From sequence record OQ992562.1: a DNA stretch of 64,000 nucleotides, one strand, 5' to 3'. The position numbers and the translations under genes are program-made. Below are positions 1 through 6,750 of the stretch, piece after piece; the first letter of the stretch is position 1, and each line of letters begins with the position of its first letter. Below the pieces are notes generated by a model. The model was not told where the DNA came from, ran no database searches, and worked only from the letters and a program-made list of their open reading frames with translations.

Positions 1-38
1 AAAATAAATCTACATTCATTAACTAATAGGATATTATC

Positions 39-356
39 ATGCTTTCCATTATCGGTAATGTTGTAAAAACTGGTCTCATGCTGGCTGGTACCATCTATGT
101 GTTCGAAGTCAGTGTGACTGTTTATAATGAGATTAAATTAGAAAAGAATATCCGTGAAAAAGTAAAGGACTATTCCGATTATATCAAATCTAATTCAGAT
201 AATACCACCGTGGAAGTAATGACGGACTTTATTGAAGTAGAGCTTATATACGTTATTAATGATGGATTGGATATGTTTAACACCATCAGTGATAAACATC
301 GAATTAAATCAAAAATCCGTAACTGGATTAAGGATGCAATTAACAATGAACTCTAA
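39..356 (+). CDS. Hypothetical early protein with N-terminal hydrophobic anchor
   Basis: AGGA RBS; hydrophobic residues ~3-28 followed by charged helical body. Confidence 0.7.
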   Translation: MLSIIGNVVKTGLMLAGTIYVFEVSVTVYNEIKLEKNIREKVKDYSDYIKSNSDNTTVEVMTDFIEVELIYVINDGLDMFNTISDKHRIKSKIRNWIKDAINNEL

Positions 357-786
357 GCTATCTCTTACATTAGGGATGGTAAGTGGAGCCGTACTCGGTA
401 AGCTTGTTTGGGATTCTAGAGAAAAACTCTATGAATTCTATTATGGACGAATTATTATCCATAAACTGAAAGCTTATCAAAAGACCATGGATGTCGATAA
501 ACTACCGTTCCATCCAGCAACAGCAATGGCCCATTATCTTAAGGCTAGCATTAATGCATCCAAGGAGACACTTGTGTCACTGGATCTTCTTGAGAGCATT
601 AATGAAGTAGGGCTTAAATATATTGAATCAGTGCGATGCCGTTATGATACTGCATGGCAAATGAGTCTGCACAGGAGGCTTGTCAAACGGCAGAAAGAGA
701 TTGAAGAAGAGAATCGTCGTATCGAAGAAGAAGAACGACGTAATCGGAAACAACTTGATCTGTTCGATGATGTGTCAGATGTGTAA
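346..786 (+). CDS. Hypothetical protein, N-terminal anchor and C-terminal charged coiled coil
   Basis: Start moved to ATG 346 (AAGGA upstream, overlaps previous gene end); MNSKLSLTLGMVSGAVLGKLVW; EEENRRIEEEERR tail. Confidence 0.7.
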   Translation: MNSKLSLTLGMVSGAVLGKLVWDSREKLYEFYYGRIIIHKLKAYQKTMDVDKLPFHPATAMAHYLKASINASKETLVSLDLLESINEVGLKYIESVRCRYDTAWQMSLHRRLVKRQKEIEEENRRIEEEERRNRKQLDLFDDVSDV

Positions 787-794
787 CTGATAAT

Positions 795-812
795 GGGAGT
801 CTTCGGACTCCC
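795..812 (+). terminator. Intrinsic terminator
   Basis: GGGAGTC-TTCG-GACTCCC followed by TTTTATTTT. Confidence 0.85.
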
Positions 813-873
813 TTTTATTTTCTACATCGTATTATTTTTTAATCACTTCAATAAACGTAAATAGGTATACAAA

Positions 874-1230
874 ATGAATATTGATAAAGTATCACTCTGT
901 CTTGGTATTTTTGTTGGTTCAGTTACAATGTGTGCAGTTGGTAAAATCTATCATAAAACTGTTATTGATGTAAAAATCAATAAGTTGCGTAATGCTGCTT
1001 CAGTGTCTAATGAAATTCTTACAATGCTTTCTAAGCGTGCCTCTGTTATTCGCGCTGAGGTTATGCCAACCGCAGAAGACTTTATCGATTGTGAAGGTAA
1101 AGTACACAACAAACTCACTGAAGAGTTACAGGACATCGTCGCTGGTTTTAAAGTAGCGCCTGAACACGGGGCTAGTGTTAATACACGTATTAATGATTGG
1201 TTCCTACAAACGTTCCCAACTGTTTACTAA
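874..1230 (+). CDS. Hypothetical protein with N-terminal TM anchor
   Basis: AGGT RBS; VSLCLGIFVGSVTMCAVG segment. Confidence 0.7.
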   Translation: MNIDKVSLCLGIFVGSVTMCAVGKIYHKTVIDVKINKLRNAASVSNEILTMLSKRASVIRAEVMPTAEDFIDCEGKVHNKLTEELQDIVAGFKVAPEHGASVNTRINDWFLQTFPTVY

Positions 1231-1240
1231 TAGGTGATAT

Positions 1241-1663
1241 ATGTCAAAAGTAGTATTTCCTAATGGTCTACTAATAGCGCTCATGCAAAACTTCGATCAC
1301 ACTCTCGAATGTTTTGATCATGATGTTAGTGTTTTTAAAAAGGCACTCAGTGACCTAGATAATAAAATTAAAGGTGGTATTAAGTCACTTGATAATGATT
1401 ACCCTAATGCTAAAATTGCATTAGAACGCATTCTTGAAGAACTTTTTAAAAGAGGATTACATATCCCTGGGCCTTCTGGAAAAGCATTTGTCATTGAAAA
1501 AGTTCACATTGTAGATAGCACAGGTGTGGCTAAGGCATACCGTGTCAGTTACAATGATGAAAAAGCTATGCCTGAATATGTATCAGCCGATAATGTATGG
1601 GGTGCACTAATTTCATATCAAAAACGTAGTCGTAGTGCAAATCCATTCAAACCAACTGCGTGA
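1241..1663 (+). CDS. Hypothetical protein
   Basis: AGGTGA RBS, 140-aa ORF in co-directional cluster. Confidence 0.7.
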   Translation: MSKVVFPNGLLIALMQNFDHTLECFDHDVSVFKKALSDLDNKIKGGIKSLDNDYPNAKIALERILEELFKRGLHIPGPSGKAFVIEKVHIVDSTGVAKAYRVSYNDEKAMPEYVSADNVWGALISYQKRSRSANPFKPTA

Positions 1664-1734
1664 AAAGGATCTGATGGTTAAAGCCATAATCCATTATCGT
1701 ATTACATAATACCTGCAAAAGAAGGAATAAGTCA

Positions 1735-1986
1735 ATGAGCGAATCTAAAGAAGTTATCAACATGGTGGAATGTTTTATCAGTGAATCTTACATGGAGCCA
1801 GGTGTTGACCACAATCGTCGGATTTTGATGCGTGAATACGGGATCAACCCTAACAGCGGTATACCACTTCGGGGGAACTGGGTTCTGCGTAACATGCTCA
1901 CTGGGGAATTTATCGACAATGATAAATACCTCAACGATATTGTTGAACGTAATTCCATCCAATTCGAACGCAATACCTTCGTCTAG
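1735..1986 (+). CDS. Hypothetical protein, REYGINP paralog family (copy 1)
   Basis: AAGGA RBS; shares REYGINP-x4-P-x-RG-x-WV-x-R-x3-TG-x-FID with 2980..3255. Confidence 0.75.
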   Translation: MSESKEVINMVECFISESYMEPGVDHNRRILMREYGINPNSGIPLRGNWVLRNMLTGEFIDNDKYLNDIVERNSIQFERNTFV

Positions 1987-2021
1987 CTATAATTAATCCA
2001 AATCTGAAAATAGGTCAAACC

Positions 2022-2405
2022 ATGAACGAACACATTCAAAAGAAAATCAACCAGGGTACTGGCAGACTGGCTATGTGCAACTTCGACAAAATGAACTATG
2101 TTCAGGGTCGTGAGTACTATGCCATCTCAGATAGTGGTTTACTTGAACAAATCGTTGCTCTATGCGCAGTTCAGTGGCCTCAGGAAATGGCCAACTACCT
2201 GCATGATGAAAGCGCTCTGTTCTGGGCTCTTTTCGACCGTGGTATCGTAGCTGATGGTAAACCTCGCGCCGACCGTAAAGACTTCATCTACGAACGCCTT
2301 GGTTTCATCCACAAGAAGAAGTTCAAAAAATACGGCTTGTCTATTCTACAGCGTGCGCGCACCCGCTCGATGGCTAGTTTTGAGAAAGCTCAAGAGACTT
2401 GCTGA
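2022..2405 (+). CDS. Hypothetical basic protein
   Basis: AGGT RBS; 127 aa with C/T-ending codons as in well-expressed genes; basic C-terminus. Confidence 0.75.
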   Translation: MNEHIQKKINQGTGRLAMCNFDKMNYVQGREYYAISDSGLLEQIVALCAVQWPQEMANYLHDESALFWALFDRGIVADGKPRADRKDFIYERLGFIHKKKFKKYGLSILQRARTRSMASFEKAQETC

Positions 2406-2440
2406 GCTATGCTGCAACACCAATACGAGGATCGTTAATT

Positions 2441-2938
2441 ATGAACTGCATGATTCCTGCAAATGAGCGTGACAGTGAACTCAGTCTCTATGGCTATTTG
2501 ACCTCTGTTGTAACTGGTGGGGTTGCTTGGGATTATAACCCTATCGTTCTGCTGGAGAAGATGTGTAATCGTGATGATGAGGCCATCTGCATGGGTGAAC
2601 CCAATTACGATCAATTACGTTTGATCGGTGCAAGGGGTATGTTCGAACAGATCTCTGAAAACATCCTGTCTCGCAATGAACAAATCATGGATGGTGTTCG
2701 TGATTTCTTCAAAGATGGTCTCCAGTTGAAAACCAATGTAGATGACATGTTGGTGAGACTGAATTATCAAACTGTGCATAACGGGACTGATATGGATGAG
2801 GTGATCATGGTAAACTTGTTCAAAAAAATTGATGGTGATTATGTGGTTGCTCATAAGTGCACATATGACCCTCAAGATTGGAAACATGCGTTATATTACT
2901 TCACCAATGCCTCCATGATCAGTCAAAAACAAAAATAA
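2441..2938 (+). CDS. Hypothetical protein
   Basis: Start moved to ATG 2441 (GAGGA RBS). Confidence 0.7.
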   Translation: MNCMIPANERDSELSLYGYLTSVVTGGVAWDYNPIVLLEKMCNRDDEAICMGEPNYDQLRLIGARGMFEQISENILSRNEQIMDGVRDFFKDGLQLKTNVDDMLVRLNYQTVHNGTDMDEVIMVNLFKKIDGDYVVAHKCTYDPQDWKHALYYFTNASMISQKQK

Positions 2939-2979
2939 ATATCATGCATATCCCTTCAGGTAATTTTAGAGAGGTTATT

Positions 2980-3255
2980 ATGAGCAATAAAGATGTATCA
3001 ATGATCCCAGTTTATGAAAATCACTTTGTCACTACTGGTGCTACTCCACGACATGAAGCAATTGTGGTATGTCGTGAATATGGTATTAATCCATTAGATG
3101 ATGCACCATTTCGGGGTTCATGGGTGATGCGCTACCGAGAGACTGGCAAATTCATTGATTGTTCCAGGGATATTGATGATTTAGCTAAGAAATATAATCT
3201 GACCATTCATAAACCAACCATTGAATTATACACCAGCACGTATATTGGTCAATAG
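2980..3255 (+). CDS. Hypothetical protein, REYGINP paralog family (copy 2)
   Basis: Start moved to ATG 2980 (GAGGT RBS); motif shared with 1735..1986. Confidence 0.75.
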   Translation: MSNKDVSMIPVYENHFVTTGATPRHEAIVVCREYGINPLDDAPFRGSWVMRYRETGKFIDCSRDIDDLAKKYNLTIHKPTIELYTSTYIGQ

Positions 3256-3260
3256 AAAAA

Positions 3261-3285
3261 AAACCACCCTATATAAGGGTGGTTT
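3261..3285. terminator. Stem-loop, probable terminator
   Basis: AAACCACCCT-ATATA-AGGGTGGTTT. Confidence 0.6.
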
Positions 3286-3301
3286 ATAAAAGAGGTGAAA
3301 T

Positions 3302-3565
3302 ATGCATAAACTTAATCCTGGTTGTTATCCATTAACTATAAATCCTAATGGTAAGTTTCTGAATAAAGACGATTTACGGAATCTTCCCAATGGGATTTAT
3401 GTAACTTCTCCGTTACATGGTCCTAGGGTATATAGCCATGATCGACGCGTTATGGTTGATGGTGATTATTGTTATCTAATCACTGCACCGAACATAAAAT
3501 TCAAGGTAAGTGATTTCTTTAAATATAATGTAGTTTATTATCCGAGCATTTACCTCAAGAGGTAA
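3302..3565 (+). CDS. Hypothetical protein, NLPxGxY/HGP paralog (copy 1)
   Basis: GAGGTG RBS; NLPNGIYVTSPLHGPRVYSHDRR resembles NLPDGEYYTIPKHGPQNWRYDRK of 3921..4148. Confidence 0.7.
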   Translation: MHKLNPGCYPLTINPNGKFLNKDDLRNLPNGIYVTSPLHGPRVYSHDRRVMVDGDYCYLITAPNIKFKVSDFFKYNVVYYPSIYLKR

Positions 3566-3572
3566 TAAATAA

Positions 3573-3857
3573 ATGGCAAACGAATGCACTCCCGGTGTCT
3601 GGGATACACTAGTTGACTCGACAAAAGAAACTGAAAACCTACGTATCCGTTCCCAACTCATGCGGGCTCTCACCCGTACTATAAAGGGCTGGGATCTTCC
3701 GCAAAAAGACGCTGCTGCTCGCCTACATGTTACGCAACCGAGATTGAATGATCTTCTCAAAGGCAAGATTGACAAGTTCTCTCTGGACGCCCTGGTAAAC
3801 CTACTGGACGCGGCTGATCTGACTCTTGAGATATCAGTGATCCCACGTGCAGTATAA
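3573..3857 (+). CDS. XRE-family helix-turn-helix protein (HigA-antitoxin-like)
   Basis: GAGGT RBS; LPQKDAAARLHVTQPRLNDLLKGKIDKFSLDALVNLL is a classic XRE HTH; hand count ~49% GC. Confidence 0.85.
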   Translation: MANECTPGVWDTLVDSTKETENLRIRSQLMRALTRTIKGWDLPQKDAAARLHVTQPRLNDLLKGKIDKFSLDALVNLLDAADLTLEISVIPRAV

Positions 3858-3920
3858 ACCATGGGGACGCAGCTTGATACGGCCACCGGGTGGTTTCATG
3901 ACAGCAAGGAAATAAAGAAA

Positions 3921-4148
3921 ATGACAACTGATAAAAAGTTTAGTATTAAAGAACTCGGATGGGAAAAAGCCACTAATCTACCCGATGGTGAATACTACAC
4001 TATTCCTAAACATGGACCACAAAACTGGCGGTATGATCGCAAGATTATCAAAACCAAGAACAGTGTAAAACTGGTAAATGAACCAGATTATAGCTGGTCA
4101 GCCCCATTCTTTTTCGAGGCAAATAACTTGTTAATCGAAGAACCATGA
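3921..4148 (+). CDS. Hypothetical protein, NLPxGxY/HGP paralog (copy 2)
   Basis: Start moved to ATG 3921 (AAGGA upstream); motif shared with 3302..3565. Confidence 0.65.
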   Translation: MTTDKKFSIKELGWEKATNLPDGEYYTIPKHGPQNWRYDRKIIKTKNSVKLVNEPDYSWSAPFFFEANNLLIEEP

Positions 4149-4306
4149 CTATGAAACGATCACCAGGTTATTTTAAAAGAGTAGTAAAAGAACTAACTGA
4201 GCGAGAGAACATTATACATCAGAAAGTTCTTAAATACATCAATGATAATCCGAATATTTCTTATAAAGAAGCACGTCAGATAGTAACTAAGGAGATTATA
4301 AAGTGA
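4145..4306 (+). CDS. Small hypothetical protein (53 aa), not in ORF track
   Basis: ATGA overlap with upstream stop and GTGA overlap with downstream start; MTMKRSPGYFKRVVKELTERENIIHQKVLKYINDNPNISYKEARQIVTKEIIK. Confidence 0.65.
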   Translation: MTMKRSPGYFKRVVKELTERENIIHQKVLKYINDNPNISYKEARQIVTKEIIK

Positions 4307-4515
4307 CTATTTCAATTCCTGCATCAGTTCGTGGTGAGTTTGGAATTTATTACAAAAACAATAAGAATCTTCGCCTGGGTCAGGCATGGCATAATTACAT
4401 GCGTCTTGAAAATATCCAAAATGAAATGGATAAAGAATGGGCTGATAAACTCTGGAATGCTTCTGATAAAGAAGCAGCTGACATGGTTGATGAAGCCACT
4501 AATTGGACTATGTAA
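4303..4515 (+). CDS. Hypothetical protein
   Basis: GTG start with AAGGAG RBS; LRLGQAWHNY motif. Confidence 0.7.
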   Translation: MTISIPASVRGEFGIYYKNNKNLRLGQAWHNYMRLENIQNEMDKEWADKLWNASDKEAADMVDEATNWTM

Positions 4516-4554
4516 CTAAACAATATTCAATATAGTAAATAAGGAGAAATACAA

Positions 4555-4698
4555 ATGACCAATGAAGAAATTATCGCAGATGAAAGTAAATGGGCCGATG
4601 ACAGTGAGGCGGTCGGCTGTGAACCAGTTGATCTGTTTATTGATTTTTACTGGGTAGAGCCCGCTCATCATACCCAAGAAGGAAAAGAGGATAATTAA
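4555..4698 (+). CDS. Small acidic hypothetical protein (47 aa), not in ORF track
   Basis: AAGGAG RBS; MTNEEIIADESKWADDSEAVGCEPVDLFIDFYWVEPAHHTQEGKEDN; stop abuts next ATG. Confidence 0.6.
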   Translation: MTNEEIIADESKWADDSEAVGCEPVDLFIDFYWVEPAHHTQEGKEDN

Positions 4699-4699
4699 C

Positions 4700-4975
4700 A
4701 TGGGTGAATATACACAGAATGGTATTCGTTATTTTCGTCCGGATGATACCGAAGATACCTTTTATGTCTTGGGTGATTGTTATGTGGCCAATACTATCGC
4801 CGATATTATCAAGATGGCAACTAAGAAATGGGGTGATGGTATTACTCTTGATATGATTAATATCAGTACTGAATATATCCATACAAGTTGTCTAGGGTAT
4901 GATGAGTACGACCCTAGCGATTATAGTAATTATCTATGCATCTCTCGTATTAGGGAACCATCGCTGGTTAAATAA
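4700..4975 (+). CDS. Hypothetical protein
   Basis: GAGGA RBS; 91 aa, ends before terminator. Confidence 0.7.
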   Translation: MGEYTQNGIRYFRPDDTEDTFYVLGDCYVANTIADIIKMATKKWGDGITLDMINISTEYIHTSCLGYDEYDPSDYSNYLCISRIREPSLVK

Positions 4976-4988
4976 ATTAACGACATAA

Positions 4989-5010
4989 GCCCTCTCCTTC
5001 GGGAGAGGGC
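4989..5010 (+). terminator. Stem-loop terminator
   Basis: GCCCTCTCC-TTCG-GGAGAGGGC. Confidence 0.8.
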
Positions 5011-5044
5011 ATTTATTCAGTTAAACATTTAAGAATAAAAGAAT

Positions 5045-5117
5045 TAGCCCTACTGCTGCAACAGTAGGGCTATATGCCGTTGAGTAAAAAATACTCAACA
5101 TTTTCGCCCAAATGGGC
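5045..5117. repeat. Three tandem inverted repeats upstream of 5141 gene
   Basis: TAGCCCTACTG/CAGTAGGGCTA (5045-5072), GTTGAGTA/TACTCAAC (5079-5099), GCCCA/TGGGC (5106-5117). Confidence 0.75.
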
Positions 5118-5140
5118 TTGGATTAACAAGAGGAACCATC

Positions 5141-5446
5141 ATGTTAATTCCAGTTACCGCTAACAATGTTAGCCCTGACCTGCACAGAATGCAGGATGTG
5201 GGTTTCTTTTTCAAGAGACCCGATGGATCAACCCATAGCATGTCAGTTGCGAAAATACACGCTGATAATGTTATCCAATGTCGAGATCGTAAAGGTCACT
5301 TCATTGGTTATTGGGCTGGTCCTACGATAGGATACGTCAACAACGCAAGTTTAGCCGTATCCATCAACCCCTTCGACAATTTCATAGTAACGGACACTGA
5401 CATGGATCAGAAGAAGTTCTATGTAACCGAAAGGAGAAGCCTATGA
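5141..5446 (+). CDS. Hypothetical protein
   Basis: GAGGA RBS; 101 aa followed by hairpin. Confidence 0.65.
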   Translation: MLIPVTANNVSPDLHRMQDVGFFFKRPDGSTHSMSVAKIHADNVIQCRDRKGHFIGYWAGPTIGYVNNASLAVSINPFDNFIVTDTDMDQKKFYVTERRSL

Positions 5447-5454
5447 TAAACAAC

Positions 5455-5474
5455 CCCTCTCCTTCAGGAGAGGG
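5455..5474 (+). terminator. Stem-loop terminator
   Basis: CCCTCTCC-TTCA-GGAGAGGG. Confidence 0.7.
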
Positions 5475-5505
5475 ACTTATCTGAATTCTTTTTTTGTTTA
5501 AGTGA

Positions 5506-5980
5506 GAGCCGCCCGCTAAAGCGGCTCCCAAGTGGAGTTAAGTCTCCCGCTAAAGAGACACTCCAGTATACATGGGGTAGCGACTCCTCATGTAGATATC
5601 CTAATTAATCTCTTTAGCTAGTAATCAATACCAGTTATCACTCGTTGATAATTGATTTGTTTATTAACTAATTTGACTTAATCAGAATAATCAATACATA
5701 TTGTTAATAACCTAGTATATTATTACCAGTATCATTGAGTAATACTGGTAATCAAATATTACTCATGAATATTACCTAATGTGGAACTGATGAATCGGAT
5801 CGCCCCGTAGGGGCTTTTATTTCATAATAAACTATACCGAAGGTATATCCTTATTCTAATAATAAACAATATTAGCATTATTCTAATAGCGTTAGCTAAT
5901 ACATACTGTCTCCCTAAAAGGAGACACAGTGTAGATTATATTTTTTTTAATTAAAAAATAATAAGTCTAGAGATAGACTT
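5506..5980. other. Non-coding AT-rich region dense in inverted repeats (candidate origin or structured RNA)
   Basis: Lies between convergent genes; at least 7 inverted repeats; no ORF of 60 aa or more. Confidence 0.5.
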
Positions 5981-6062
5981 TCTTTATGCCTTTAATACCT
6001 TCTAATTTGCTCTATAATCGATTTTATTCATTATCTACTAGCATATTAGCCATACGACATAA

Positions 6063-6082
6063 AAGCCCTCCTATGAGGGCTT
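6063..6082 (-). terminator. Stem-loop terminator of minus-strand genes
   Basis: AAGCCCTC-CTAT-GAGGGCTT just past the stop at 6090. Confidence 0.75.
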
Positions 6083-6089
6083 AAATGCT

Positions 6090-6326
6090 TTATTTTTCAT
6101 TAGTCGGATATAGGAGTACAATAGACTCTGCGCATACTTTAATAACTTGGATATTTTCACTGTCATTATTTTTTGATTGTTTATTTTTAACGCAGTATTC
6201 AAATTGTTGGGATTTGAGTTTATATACGTTATTGTTCTCTTCTCCCAGTATTCCTCCAAATACCAATCCTAGGATAAATATTAATAAACCACCAATAAAG
6301 ATAATATAAACATTACCATAGTACAT
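6090..6326 (-). CDS. Small membrane protein
   Basis: AGGAG RBS; TM segment VYIIFIGGLLIFILGLVFGGILG; two Cys in soluble part. Confidence 0.75.
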   Translation of the reverse strand: MYYGNVYIIFIGGLLIFILGLVFGGILGEENNNVYKLKSQQFEYCVKNKQSKNNDSENIQVIKVCAESIVLLYPTNEK

Positions 6327-6327
6327 A

Positions 6328-6696
6328 TTACATTAACTCCTTTACATCATCTGGAATAGATTCACACCGATCTAAATCCCAGTAGATGTGTGTATAGTGA
6401 TCTTGGTTTACGATACTGATAAAATCCCCATTAGGATCGGGTAATGGTTTACGGATAATATCAACGTAAATAGTGTAATATAAATAAAGATCACTGATGA
6501 GTTCATCAATGTTTAAATTATTACCCTCTGCATATTTCCCATATTTAAAATAATGGGCTTCTTCTGCTACAGCATAACGGATTTTATCGTAATTTTGTGA
6601 TGCGGCATATACACGTGCAAATAGAGGGCGATTAAACTTTCTACATTCACTAATATTTTTTCTTAAAGTATTTACTAAATTATCAATTGCACTCAT
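6328..6696 (-). CDS. Hypothetical protein
   Basis: AGGT RBS; 122 aa abutting next gene. Confidence 0.7.
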   Translation of the reverse strand: MSAIDNLVNTLRKNISECRKFNRPLFARVYAASQNYDKIRYAVAEEAHYFKYGKYAEGNNLNIDELISDLYLYYTIYVDIIRKPLPDPNGDFISIVNQDHYTHIYWDLDRCESIPDDVKELM

Positions 6697-6721
6697 TTAG
6701 ATTACCTATTAAAATTATAGT

Positions 6722-6741
6722 GCTCTCCCCGAAGGGAGAGC
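6722..6741 (-). terminator. Terminator downstream of helicase
   Basis: GCTCTCCC-CGAA-GGGAGAGC (UUCG loop on minus strand). Confidence 0.8.
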
Positions 6742-6750
6742 TTTATGTTG

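Noticed and set aside
5447-6089. tRNA genes in the large intergenic region
   Set aside because: No cloverleaf, TTCRA T-loop or CCA end could be found by eye.
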